60,401 bases of DNA, taken from contig NJBH01000024.1 in assembly GCA_005223125.1 (NCBI GenBank), positions 1 to 60,401 on the forward strand, given 5' to 3'. Under the pieces are notes generated by a model that saw nothing but the letters and a program-made list of their open reading frames with translations, was not told the DNA's origin and did not search any database. The first letter of the stretch is position 1. Every line of letters begins with the position of its first letter. The position numbers and the translations under genes are program-made. Below, piece after piece: positions 20,626 through 30,918 of this stretch. The stretch is from Promethearchaeota archaeon Loki_b32 (GTDB taxonomy: Archaea > Asgardarchaeota > Lokiarchaeia > Sigyniarchaeales > SOKP01).

Positions 20626-21549
20626 ATGCCAAAAGTAATAATACTGTACGAGATCGATACTTCTTTTGGACCGAATATTTTAGCTGAATATTATTTGAAG
20701 CAAGATGATAAAATACCTCCTGCAATTTTAAAGGAATTTTCCGAGAAACATGTTAAAAAAGAATTATCTGAGGTAACAATCCTTAAAGAAGATGATCGAT
20801 ATTTTTCAAAAAAAATTAATGCTGAATCAATAAACAAAGATAATCTTTATCTTAGCTTTATTTTACAAGAAGGAGAAGATATAGTCTCGTTAAAAAGCAT
20901 TTTTGAAAATTTAGAGGCAAAAACGGTTCAGAATTATAGTAATGATAAAAAAAAGATGAATGAATTTCTACAGAATGCATTTAATTCAATTCTCAGCCTT
21001 GTACAGAAACTGCAAGAACCAAAAATTGTAAAAGAGACTATTAATGAGAGAACTAAAAAATTGCTTGATGATGGAAAATTATCAGAAGCACGTGAGTTGA
21101 TAGACCTTGGAGAAGAAATACCTGAAAAATTAGCTGCTGAAGTAAAACTTGCAGAACAATTCTTAAATGATAAATTTTATAGAAAAGCAAAGAAAAGTTT
21201 TTTAAAAGCAGCCGAAATAGCTGGACTCATACAAGAGGAAGAAATTGTCTCATTCTTAGAAAATAAAGGAGAACAAGTAGGATTGTTTCCTGATTTAATA
21301 AAAGAACGTGAAAATCTCAATAAACAATTAGTAAAAATTTCTAATGACTTAGATATAACTCAATTATACGTATATAATAATTTTATCGAACCGTTAGATA
21401 GATTAATCGAAATCTCACATACATTTGAAGATCATGAGTTAATTAAAAACTTAACAAATTTAAAAAACAATTCTCAAAGAGCATCGCGTTTAGTGAAAGA
21501 ACTAAATGATTCAGATAAAAAGATAAGAGAACTTATAAAAAAGATTTAA
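20626..21549 (+). CDS. Longin/uDENN-like N-terminus + helical domain protein
   Basis: ILYEIDTSFGPNIL start resembles that of 17086-18744. The C-terminal half is helical. Confidence 0.5.
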   Translation: MPKVIILYEIDTSFGPNILAEYYLKQDDKIPPAILKEFSEKHVKKELSEVTILKEDDRYFSKKINAESINKDNLYLSFILQEGEDIVSLKSIFENLEAKTVQNYSNDKKKMNEFLQNAFNSILSLVQKLQEPKIVKETINERTKKLLDDGKLSEARELIDLGEEIPEKLAAEVKLAEQFLNDKFYRKAKKSFLKAAEIAGLIQEEEIVSFLENKGEQVGLFPDLIKERENLNKQLVKISNDLDITQLYVYNNFIEPLDRLIEISHTFEDHELIKNLTNLKNNSQRASRLVKELNDSDKKIRELIKKI

Positions 21550-21559
21550 ATCTTTAAAT

Positions 21560-23383
21560 TTATTCAATTGATTCTTCATCAGATTGAGTTTCTTCGACTT
21601 TTGGCACATATTCACCAATATCTTTGAAAATTATTTTACAAATGTTCCAACCTTCTTCTGTTGGATATTTTAATGCATTTGCAATTAATCTTTCTCCAAT
21701 TTCATTATTTAACTCTACTCTGTGAATATTGGGATTACTTTTTAAGATTAGATTGAATTTGTCACCTTTCGTCTTTTCAGGTACGATTAAGATTCCAAAA
21801 TCAATTGCTTTTACACTGATAGCATCTTTTAATCGTTTAGCGGCATAATATCCTGCTACTCCTGCACTTCTATCAAATGTTTTAATTGAAGGAATCTCCA
21901 TACCCCATTTTTTACCTTTAGATTCAATTAATGCAGCTAAAGTTTGTCCTCTTTTTCCAAGCATGAATTTGTATTCCATTTGTGTTTTGAAATCTTTTCC
22001 TTTTTCTTCTCCTACCATATTTATGTATTTCAAAGTAGCACCCGCAACAGATTGAGGATTTACATCGATTGAATATTCTTCTTCAGCTAATATATCTTCA
22101 ATTGTTTTCTTAATAACTTCTCTTGGTTTAGAAAAATCGATCACTTCTTCTTCCTCAATTTCTGCCTTTGGTCTAGCGGTTGCAACAATTTCTGCTCCAA
22201 CTTCTAATAATTCGTCAACAGTCATTTCTTCCATTACTACTTTATCAATAAATCTTCTGCAAAGTTTAATAGAATTTCTTGGATTTCCTTTCGTTTTCTC
22301 ATATATCATTTCAATTAATTTTTCATTCAAAGGAAATAATGGATATAGTGGAGGATTTAGATTATTATCCTCCCAGAACGCTTCCATAGATTTTGAGAAG
22401 AAAATTTTTAAATCATTTAAGCTAAATGGCTTTAATTCTTGTTCAGGCTCCATTCTTGATCTTAATGGAGCATCAGCAATTTCAATAATACGTGGCCAAA
22501 TTTCTTTTAAGACTGCTATAGTAATTACTAATCCTTTAACTTCATTATATAATCTTTTAATAATTTCTAGAAACTTCCTCTCAGCAACTTCACCCAACAT
22601 TCGATATGGTGATTCTATTTCATCAAAATAAAGGATGAGTACTCGGTCTAGATTTTCTGTGATAATTTTAATCAGACTTAAGCAAACGTCATCTTCCTCT
22701 ACAACACTATTAATTCCTAATTCACGTAATTCTTCATCCTCTAAATCTTCGCCAAGAAGCCATCTTTCAGCGAGATTTTTTTTGTTTTTATCTAATTGAT
22801 AAGTCACTAAAGCCTTAACACAATCAGCAAAGACACCAGGGAATTCTCTAATCCCCATTTGAATTACTTCATCCAGTTTAGGCTTTTGGAAAATCCCCTT
22901 TTTGCTTCCTCCCCATTTTTTAACTAACTTTTCAGATACAATATCAAGCAATTCAGCGCCAAGTTCCTCAATTATACAAGTATAAACATGAAGTAAAACT
23001 CGAATACTTGCTGGAGGGCTTGGAACATATACAATTGTCCAATCAACAGAACTAGCAAATTTACCAGCATCAATTTCTTCTACATCTTCAGCTCTCTCTA
23101 ATCTTTTTTTATTTTCTCTTTCTTTGTCTTTAAAAGAATGGTACGCATGTGTTTTTCCAGTTCCAGCTGATCCTAAAATAGGGATTAGTCGGCTTGCTTT
23201 ATCTCTATAAGTTTGTTGTACGAGTCTATAAACTTCTCGATCAATATAACTTCTTGGTCGAGCAATATCAACTTTATCGGGAATATCCCCTCGTGAAACG
23301 AAATTTGAAAATGGTAAAATCGGTGCGTCCCTCAAAACGTCCAAATACATATCTTTGTCGTCATCGCTTAGTTCAGAATATAT
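21560..23383 (-). CDS. AAA+ P-loop ATPase (start at ATG 23350 or possibly ATA 23383)
   Basis: LGSAGTGKTH, LYFDEIE, LRSR arginine finger, GNPR sensor. Confidence 0.8.
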   Translation of the reverse strand: MYSELSDDDKDMYLDVLRDAPILPFSNFVSRGDIPDKVDIARPRSYIDREVYRLVQQTYRDKASRLIPILGSAGTGKTHAYHSFKDKERENKKRLERAEDVEEIDAGKFASSVDWTIVYVPSPPASIRVLLHVYTCIIEELGAELLDIVSEKLVKKWGGSKKGIFQKPKLDEVIQMGIREFPGVFADCVKALVTYQLDKNKKNLAERWLLGEDLEDEELRELGINSVVEEDDVCLSLIKIITENLDRVLILYFDEIESPYRMLGEVAERKFLEIIKRLYNEVKGLVITIAVLKEIWPRIIEIADAPLRSRMEPEQELKPFSLNDLKIFFSKSMEAFWEDNNLNPPLYPLFPLNEKLIEMIYEKTKGNPRNSIKLCRRFIDKVVMEEMTVDELLEVGAEIVATARPKAEIEEEEVIDFSKPREVIKKTIEDILAEEEYSIDVNPQSVAGATLKYINMVGEEKGKDFKTQMEYKFMLGKRGQTLAALIESKGKKWGMEIPSIKTFDRSAGVAGYYAAKRLKDAISVKAIDFGILIVPEKTKGDKFNLILKSNPNIHRVELNNEIGERLIANALKYPTEEGWNICKIIFKDIGEYVPKVEETQSDEESIE

Positions 23384-23567
23384 TTTAATCTCCTCTCGAG
23401 TTTTTAATTTTTAATAACTTAGTTTTTATGTAGAATAAATTTATTAATCCAAACAATTTTTTCTAGATTATAAGCTATTTAGTTTTTAGCTATTATAATA
23501 TTTAATTAAAAATATTGCCTATTAAATTTAATTGATATTGTAAGATTCATTTGTATATCAGAGAGGA

Positions 23568-24236
23568 ATGCATATGCCGAAAAAAAATAGGGATGAAGAT
23601 GAAGATAAGGATGAAGAAAAAAAAGATCCCTTTGATTTTTTTAAATTCTTCGAGGATCCTAACAAGTTTTTCAGTGATCCAAATAAATTTTTACTAGATC
23701 CAAACAAAATATTTCAATCCAAGCAGTTTCGACACATGTTTAAGGACATTTTTAAAAGAATCATGAATAACTTACCTTCTGAATTTCAAAATCTCTCTCC
23801 AGAAGAAATTATGAGGGAATTTACTAAGAATAAGTCTAAGTTCGGCTTTCCAATAACGTATGGATTTAATATTAATATCGGTCCTGATGGGCCAACTATA
23901 GATTCATTTGGTAATATTAAGGCAAAACCATATTCAGGAGAACCAGAAGTTAAAAAAGTGAGAGAACCGTTAACAGAAGTAACTGAACAGGATGAGTATA
24001 TAATAGTAATTTGCGAAATGCCTGGTGTGACGAGAGATGAAATAGAGTTAAAAGCTACTACACGATCTTTAACAATATCTACGGAATCTAAAGATGAAGG
24101 TCGAAACTATTATAAAGAAGTGGGGCTACCTTCCCCAATCAATTCAGATTATGCGAAAGCTAGGTATACTAATGGAATTTTGGAAGTAAAATTAAAAAAA
24201 ATTGACGAAAAACAAACAGATATTAAAATTGATTAA
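23568..24236 (+). CDS. hsp20: Archaeal small heat-shock protein Hsp20
   Basis: YGFNINIGPDG...FGN, REPL, EMPGV, ARYTNGILEV. Confidence 0.92.
   Translation: MHMPKKNRDEDEDKDEEKKDPFDFFKFFEDPNKFFSDPNKFLLDPNKIFQSKQFRHMFKDIFKRIMNNLPSEFQNLSPEEIMREFTKNKSKFGFPITYGFNINIGPDGPTIDSFGNIKAKPYSGEPEVKKVREPLTEVTEQDEYIIVICEMPGVTRDEIELKATTRSLTISTESKDEGRNYYKEVGLPSPINSDYAKARYTNGILEVKLKKIDEKQTDIKID
23655..23717 (+). repeat. Three 21-nt coding repeats (DPNKxxx) in the Hsp20 N-terminus
   Basis: DPNKFFS-DPNKFLL-DPNKIFQ. Confidence 0.75.
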
Positions 24237-24372
24237 GTACAACTCCTTTCTCATAGCCTACTTTAATTTTTCTAGCCCCATATTCATAAATTAACTTAAT
24301 CAATTTTAGTAATTTTGTACAAAAACTTTATAAATTTCTTTAACAAATAAGATTTTAATCAATTTTAATTGG

Positions 24373-25413
24373 TTGAAAAAAATGTCTGAAAAAAATGAAT
24401 TTTTATCTAAAAAAGCTTTAATGATAATTGGAATTACATGGATAGCCATACTAATAGTTGGTTTGATCTCTTTAATTCCTGAAGTAAACGAAGCTTTCGC
24501 TAGCGACAGCTCTGTTATCCGAGCTATATTCAATGCTATAACATACCTTGGTGACCCTGTTGTTTTTATAATAATTGTAGCTGTTTTGTATATAGCTTAC
24601 AATAAGAAATTTGCCAAAAATTTAACTTTGAGTCTATTATTTTCATACTATCTAAATGGAATATTCAAGGAAATTATTCAAGATCCAAGACCCGATACTA
24701 ATTTAGATGCTACAGAAGATTTAGGTGTTATTGAATCATCTTATGGATTTCCATCTGGCCATTCTTAAAACGCAGTTGCTTTTTGGGGGTATGCTTCTTA
24801 TGAATTTAAAGATAGAAACAAATACAACGAAATTCCAATCATTCCAGTTATTCTTTCGGTTATAGTCTTACTTGTCGCAATTTCACGGATAATAATCGGT
24901 GTACACGATCTCCAAGATATGATTGGTGCATTATTGTTAGGTATCTGTTTTTTATTAGCCTTCATTTATTTAGAGCCAATATTTACTCCACATTTTAATA
25001 AACTTAGCTTAATTGCGAAACTTGTGTTGACGGTAGTTGTGTCTTTAGCATTATTCCTAATTGGAACATTTATGTTTCCTAGAGCATATGTTCAGTTAGC
25101 AACTCAAAATATTCCCCCCGATTATCCAGATGCAGGAGCCTTTGGTCTGGTTGGAGGTGTATTATTAGGTTTTGGTATTGGATATCTATTAGAAGAGGAA
25201 TACGTCAAGTATGATCCCTCTCAACTTTCAAATAAAAAGAAAATCATTAATATTGTTGTTGGTTTAGTAATTATCTTTGTTTTATTTTTACCATTTGAAT
25301 ATCTAATAGAGATCGACAGTGCCTTTTATAGATTCTTTAAGTACGCTCTAACAGCTTTCGCATTAACTTATGTCGTTCCACTGATTTGCACAAAAATCGA
25401 TTCGAAATTATAA
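24373..25413 (+). pseudogene. PAP2-family membrane phosphatase with one in-frame TAA (24766-24768)
   Basis: K...DPRP, YGFPSGHS*NAVAFWG and SRIIIGVHDLQD lie in one frame. The stop is plausibly CAA->TAA. Confidence 0.85.
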
Positions 25414-25449
25414 TTAAAATATATCTTTTTTTTTTTAGGAAAACAAGAA

Positions 25450-25608
25450 TTAATTAGCGATTTTTGCTGTTCTTCTAGCAATTTCTTTTAATAGAATTCG
25501 CTTTACTAAGGTTTTGTCGCTATCTTTTATCTGATTATGGGGAGTTACAATTTGATTTATATAAATATCATCTCTATTAGGATGTGGTATAACTTCCTCC
25601 AATATCAT
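25450..25608 (-). CDS. Small hypothetical protein (52 aa)
   Basis: MILEEVIPHPNRDD...RRTAKIAN*. Fills an otherwise empty gap. No motif recognised. Confidence 0.4.
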   Translation of the reverse strand: MILEEVIPHPNRDDIYINQIVTPHNQIKDSDKTLVKRILLKEIARRTAKIAN

Positions 25609-25697
25609 CTTAAATTTGTGAAAAGTTAGTGATATTTAAAATTTCCTATTTTTCATATGACAAAAAGGAATTTTCAATTTTTCATTGAATAAATCTT

Positions 25698-26651
25698 TTA
25701 AGTTCGATATAATAGAATTTTATCCTTAATTTTTCGAATAAAAATCTGGTCAATTTTATTCTCTTGCATAAATATTTTTTCATATCTAAACCCAGCTCTA
25801 TCTTTATGACCTCCACCATAAAAAGATCTTGCCAATTCCCTACAATTAATATAATCGCTTCGTAGAGTTATTTCATTAAAGCGTAAATCAATGCCAATGA
25901 AAACTTTTGCTACAGGATAATTTTCTTTAAGTAAAGTACATAATCTTCCTCCTCCAATTTTACCGAATGAAATCACTAATTTTCCAAACCCTTCTATTTT
26001 TATTAATTGTGTGTGTTTTAAAGGAAAATCGGATTGTCTTTCTTCCCAATTCTTTACAATTCTTAACTGTTCCGTATACCAATCATTTTCAAAAATTCCA
26101 TTGGACATTAAATAAACAATTCTTTTCTTAACTTCATCCAATTCATATCCCCTGTTGTATGCAATAATTGATTGAAGATTTGATGCAATGTTATACTTTT
26201 TTGTGTGGAAATCAATGTCTCTAGAAAATTTTGCTATTTTTATAGCAATAAGATCTTCTGGTAAATAATAATCTTTGATAATTTCTGCAGCACATAGATT
26301 GAGATCATTTAGATATAAATCAAGGCTCCTTTTCAATTCATTTTCATGATTAATGTCTATTATATGATGGTCAAACCAAAATATTTTGCAGCCTCTTTCT
26401 CTAGATTTTTTAAAAAATGAATAAAGTTCTTTAAAATCATCATTGAATCCCATATCTGAGATTATTAATCTCTCTGGAAGAATTTTTGCCTCTAAAATAA
26501 TCTTTATTTTGTCTATGAAATTAGTATAATGAGAATAATGAAGAATCAACTCACTCTTGTTTTTTTTTAGATAGTGAGTATAATATCTTTGAATTATTGC
26601 TTGAGAACCCAATCCATCAAGATCTAATTCATGAGTAATAGAAACATTCAT
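25698..26651 (-). CDS. DHH/DHHA1 phosphoesterase
   Basis: THELDLDG, ISD, FDHH, GGGHKDRAG. Confidence 0.9.
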   Translation of the reverse strand: MNVSITHELDLDGLGSQAIIQRYYTHYLKKNKSELILHYSHYTNFIDKIKIILEAKILPERLIISDMGFNDDFKELYSFFKKSRERGCKIFWFDHHIIDINHENELKRSLDLYLNDLNLCAAEIIKDYYLPEDLIAIKIAKFSRDIDFHTKKYNIASNLQSIIAYNRGYELDEVKKRIVYLMSNGIFENDWYTEQLRIVKNWEERQSDFPLKHTQLIKIEGFGKLVISFGKIGGGRLCTLLKENYPVAKVFIGIDLRFNEITLRSDYINCRELARSFYGGGHKDRAGFRYEKIFMQENKIDQIFIRKIKDKILLYRT

Positions 26652-26708
26652 TTTCTACACTTTCTTTTGAATTATAAGAGATAAAATAATCTTAGAGATA
26701 AGTAGTTT

Positions 26709-27161
26709 TCAGAACAAATCTAAAAATGGTTCAATTTTCTTTTTTCCATCAACACTTGTTATGCATTCTAAAATTCTTTTTGAAAGTTCTTTTTTTTTAT
26801 TAAAATATATTTTCATTATTTCTTCTAAAGATTTATTTGGATATCTTTCAACAAGAGCAAGATCTCTCCTAGGACAACCATTACGGCGCATACAACAGTA
26901 GGAGAGTGATCCAAAGCATACTACCTCAGAATCCCAATTATTTTCATTCGAGAATTCCACCTTAATTTGGATAAATTCCTCAGGAGTCAAGCCAATCTCG
27001 GTTAATATTTTATCTCTTTTACAAATAAAAGCATGTGTTAACGAATAACCAGGCTTGCAACAAAAAGTCAATCCTCGGTAATCAGCACCCATACAAATAT
27101 GTATTGGAGCACCTTTCCACCCTGGAACGTCTCTAAGCTTTTCAGGATCTAAATCTACCAT
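26709..27161 (-). CDS. Methanogenesis marker protein 9-like Cys-rich protein
   Basis: WKGAPIHICMGADYRGLTFCCKP...CFGSLSYCC...CPRRD. Confidence 0.75.
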   Translation of the reverse strand: MVDLDPEKLRDVPGWKGAPIHICMGADYRGLTFCCKPGYSLTHAFICKRDKILTEIGLTPEEFIQIKVEFSNENNWDSEVVCFGSLSYCCMRRNGCPRRDLALVERYPNKSLEEIMKIYFNKKKELSKRILECITSVDGKKKIEPFLDLF

Positions 27162-27312
27162 GTTTTTTTAGGAATTTTTTCTTATAATATATATGAAAAT
27201 CCACAAGATAATTTTAAATTTCTATTTTTAGAATAAAACCCTAATATTTTAAAAAAAATGGAATTTAAACTATGAATATTGATGATCATTAGATTCTTTA
27301 AAAAGAAAGGAG

Positions 27313-27445
27313 GGCTCGGTACGGGAATTGTCCCGAAAAGAATAAGTTTCTTTCCGTTTGAACCCGTCTTTCCCCAGTAGTAAGAATTTTCTTACTCTTC
27401 TAGGGATTCACAGTCCCCAATACTAACCACTATACAAACCGAGCC
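27313..27445 (-). tRNA. tRNA-His(GUG) with encoded G-1 and two non-canonical 30-nt BHB introns (27370-27399 in the variable loop, 27328-27357 in the T-loop)
   Basis: Acceptor GCTCGGT/ACCGAGC. Anticodon arm GGGGA-CTGTGAA-TCCCT. Spliced T-arm ACGGG-TTCAATT-CCCGT. CCA not encoded. Confidence 0.92.
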
Positions 27446-27497
27446 ATTGTTTTTTTCTTACATTAAGTTTTAATGTTTAATTCTAAAAAAATTTTAT

Positions 27498-28082
27498 TTA
27501 AATTTTCTCTTCTTCCTTCTCATTTATAACTTTTAATATATAATTTAAAACCTCATTAATAGCATAATCTAAATCTCCTGAATTATCTATAATGTAATCT
27601 GCTTCTGGGAATTTTTGCATTTTTCTTGCCCTTACGATTCTTTCTTCTAATAAGCCCTCATTTTCTCTTTTTCTGTTTTTTATTCTTTGTAGAGTAATTT
27701 CAAAGGGAACTTCAATAGAAATTACTTTAATATTTTTATATCTTTCTCTTGCTTCATTTACTATTGTACGACTAACATTTATTATTACGGGGTGTCCATT
27801 CTTTAGGTAATTCTCAATTTCTAATGGAATTCCATAATCTAAATCATAAATGTGCCATTTTAGCGTAAAATTTCCTTTCTTATCCATTTTTTTGAACTCT
27901 TCTGAAGTTATTGAAATGTTTTTTTCAAATTCAGATGGGTGTCTCGTAATAAATCTTTTAGGAATGTAAATTTGCTTCAAATGAGAAGGATAATTTTGGG
28001 CAAGTCCTGAAATTATGGAATCTTTCCCAGAGCCAGAATTCCCAACAACCAAGAATAAAGTACCATGGAAGTTTTTTTTCAT
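27498..28082 (-). CDS. phnN: PhnN-like ribose 1,5-bisphosphokinase / guanylate-kinase-like
   Basis: VVGNSGSGKDS, RFITR, LKWHIYDLDYGIP, NVSR, IDNSGDL. Confidence 0.8.
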   Translation of the reverse strand: MKKNFHGTLFLVVGNSGSGKDSIISGLAQNYPSHLKQIYIPKRFITRHPSEFEKNISITSEEFKKMDKKGNFTLKWHIYDLDYGIPLEIENYLKNGHPVIINVSRTIVNEARERYKNIKVISIEVPFEITLQRIKNRKRENEGLLEERIVRARKMQKFPEADYIIDNSGDLDYAINEVLNYILKVINEKEEEKI

Positions 28083-28285
28083 TCTCCTTTACTATTATCA
28101 ATTTTAATTTATAATCAAGATTCTTACAGAAAATAAAATCTATATATTAATTAATTCTGATTTGGTTAAAAAGTATATAAATTGAATAATTATAACAAAA
28201 ATGAAAAAGATTAAAGAATGAAAAATGTTATAAGTCTTACTAGACCAATTTATTTTACAGCTATATTTGAAATTTTCCTTAAAAA

Positions 28286-28708
28286 ATGGCGAAAAAAAGC
28301 ATTAATGAAATTTCAAAAATTTCTGATATACCCGAGAGTTATCAAAGATATTTAGACGAAATTCACTCAATATCAAGAAATAAGAAAGGGGGTTGGGTTA
28401 GCAATAAGGAGATTGCAGAAAAACTTCAAGTCGAACCAGCTTCTGTATCAGGAATGCTAGAAAAATTGAAAAAAAAGGGTTTAATTAAATGGGAACCTAG
28501 AAAAGCTATAAGGTTAACAGAAAAAGGGAAAAAGATTGCTAAACAATTAGATGAAACACACACTTTACTTCACCTCTTCTTTTCGAAAGTATTGAAAATC
28601 GAAGATCAAGATGCTATTGAAAATCTCTCTTGTGATATAGAACATCATATTACTCAAAATGTCAAGAAATCGTTAGAAGAATTCCTTTCAAAATATTTAG
28701 ATGATTAG
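28286..28708 (+). CDS. DtxR/MntR metal-dependent regulator
   Basis: YLDEI, EIAEKLQVEPASVSGML, LTEKG, IEHHI. Confidence 0.9.
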   Translation: MAKKSINEISKISDIPESYQRYLDEIHSISRNKKGGWVSNKEIAEKLQVEPASVSGMLEKLKKKGLIKWEPRKAIRLTEKGKKIAKQLDETHTLLHLFFSKVLKIEDQDAIENLSCDIEHHITQNVKKSLEEFLSKYLDD

Positions 28709-28773
28709 ATTTAATTATAATATTTAATTCAATGATGCAACAAACCTAAATTATTTTCTTAAATGTAATAAAA

Positions 28774-29529
28774 ATGTCTGAGGAATTAAAACAAAAAATT
28801 GGTACTGTCCAAAAAATCTTCGAAAATTTTTCTAACTTTATTGAATTGAGTGATTTTAGATCATATTTATTATTTACTTTAACTAGCCAAGTCCCTACAA
28901 ATATTATGGCTCAATTAGGGTTAGGATCCAATAAGGAAATAATAAACTTACCTTATAATCCTATTTTTAATATATATTATCAAAAGATCAACCTAATTTC
29001 AGCAGGATCGTTGATAGTTTATACTAAAAATGCCCCTATTACTGACAAATTTATATTGGATAAAGATGATCCCATTATTAAAAAGTACCTTAACATTAAT
29101 GAGATGAGTCTTGCTTTTCGTGGTAAAGAAAAATTTATCCTCCCTAAGATTAGTGATTGTAGTGCTTTTAATGTTGATGGAAAGTTGATCATAAAAGTTG
29201 ACGATTTATTTCACTCATTAGAAAGTTTTTTAGCTATTACTGAACCAAATTTACTCTTTGTTATCGATGCTAATGAAGAATCAGAACCTGACCTAGTCTT
29301 CACATTTAACATGATACCAGAGATGCCAAGCCGTATGGATCAAAAGGTCTTAAAAATTGATGTATTTTTTGACAAAGAGCATAAAACAAGAGATAAGGTT
29401 TATTTAGAACGAGAAGAAAATTATAATATCAAATATCTGAAAGATATTAAAGAAGTTAGCCATGCTGATTTATATAAATCCGCCTTTTCATTAATAATCC
29501 ATGTAAAATCATTTTCAAAACCATATTAA
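28774..29529 (+). CDS. Hypothetical protein
   Basis: 251-aa ORF with ATG start. No motif recognised. Confidence 0.65.
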   Translation: MSEELKQKIGTVQKIFENFSNFIELSDFRSYLLFTLTSQVPTNIMAQLGLGSNKEIINLPYNPIFNIYYQKINLISAGSLIVYTKNAPITDKFILDKDDPIIKKYLNINEMSLAFRGKEKFILPKISDCSAFNVDGKLIIKVDDLFHSLESFLAITEPNLLFVIDANEESEPDLVFTFNMIPEMPSRMDQKVLKIDVFFDKEHKTRDKVYLEREENYNIKYLKDIKEVSHADLYKSAFSLIIHVKSFSKPY

Positions 29530-29756
29530 ACCTTACTCTACTTTTCTTTACCTAATAAACTTATAAATTAGAATTGAAGAAATGTATATTATCGCGTTAA
29601 TACATTTATTAGGTTATTGATAGATTTATATTCGTTAGCAATTAAGCGATTAATATCATTAAAGGATTAATATGATCAATTTATAAAACATCCGACAAAA
29701 TATATAAAGTATAAGATTCACTACTCAGTTTAATTCTAAACAATTTACAAAAAGGG

Positions 29757-29969
29757 TTGCTTAAATTGAAAATTATTACAATTAATTTACCAGAAAAGTA
29801 TTTACAAGCGATTCAAATTCTTAATGATATGGGTGTCTATCCTTCCCGTAGTGAAGCTATAAGAATAGCATTGCGCCAATTTTTATCAAAAGAGCTAAAA
29901 ATGTATAACGATCTTGACGATGATAGTTTTAGAATGCTTATCAGAAGCAAACCAAACATTAAGAATTAA
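29757..29969 (+). CDS. Ribbon-helix-helix (CopG/Arc/MetJ) regulator
   Basis: ITINLP...GVYPSRSEAIRIALR. Confidence 0.88.
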   Translation: MLKLKIITINLPEKYLQAIQILNDMGVYPSRSEAIRIALRQFLSKELKMYNDLDDDSFRMLIRSKPNIKN

Positions 29970-30110
29970 TATCTTTTTTTTCCTCATTCTAATTTTTTTA
30001 AAACATTGACATAGCTCAAGACATAAATACCAAACTGTTATATTTTCATTTAGACCCAAGCGATTCTGAATTTAAATTTATTTATTAGAATTCAATTTAG
30101 AGGAAAAACT

Positions 30111-30752
30111 TTGATGAAAATTGGGATAATTGGTACTGGAAATATGGGAAAAGGTTTAGGACAAATTTTAGTAGAAAAAAACTATGAGATCATGTTTGGC
30201 TCGCGTGATCCTGTCAATGTACTAAAATTAGCTAATTCATTTGGTCCTAATGTATCAGGAGGTACGTATGCTGATGCCGTTCAATTCGGTGATATAATAA
30301 TCCTTGCAATTCCTTGGTCGTCAGTAAAAGAATCTATTGAAGCTGCGGGTGATCTGAATGGAAAAATACTTATTGATTGTACAAATGCAGTGGCTCCACA
30401 TTTAGGAGGTTTGTTAGTTGGGCACACAACATCTGCAGCAGAAAAAATTGCAAAATGGGCTGAGGGGGCAAAAGTGGTAAAAGCTTTTAATTCACTTGGA
30501 TCTGAAAACCTTGCGAAATTACAATTTGGTACACAAAATGCAAGCACATTCATCTGCGGAGATGATTTAGAAGCAAAATCGGTTGTGCGTCGTTTAGGAG
30601 AAGAAATTGGTTTTGACGTTGTAGACGCGGGACCACTCACAAATGCTAGATTGATTGAACCTCTCGCAATGCTTTGGATTGAGTTAGCTTATAAGCAAGG
30701 AATGGGAACTGATATCGCTTTTAAATTATTACGGCGTAGAAAAGCAAAATAA
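30111..30752 (+). CDS. F420-dependent NADP+ oxidoreductase family protein
   Basis: IGIIGTGNMG, GSRDP, LAIPW, IDCTN, VVKAFN, CGDD, DAGPL. Confidence 0.88.
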   Translation: MMKIGIIGTGNMGKGLGQILVEKNYEIMFGSRDPVNVLKLANSFGPNVSGGTYADAVQFGDIIILAIPWSSVKESIEAAGDLNGKILIDCTNAVAPHLGGLLVGHTTSAAEKIAKWAEGAKVVKAFNSLGSENLAKLQFGTQNASTFICGDDLEAKSVVRRLGEEIGFDVVDAGPLTNARLIEPLAMLWIELAYKQGMGTDIAFKLLRRRKAK

Positions 30753-30918
30753 ATTATTAAATTATATTATTTTTCTCCTTTCTATTATGTTTTTATATAT
30801 TGAAATGAATTGTTTTTCACTTCAACTAATACATAAATCTATAAAACAGATTTAATTTAAAAGTTATAAATAATCACATCAATATTTTTTTTGAATAACT
30901 ACCTTTAATGAATGAATT

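Noticed and set aside
24766-24775. TAAAACGCAG identical to 11049-11058 inside the intron
   Set aside because: A single 10-mer match is expected by chance in 60 kb of AT-rich DNA, and the PAP2 motif spacing leaves no room for an insertion.
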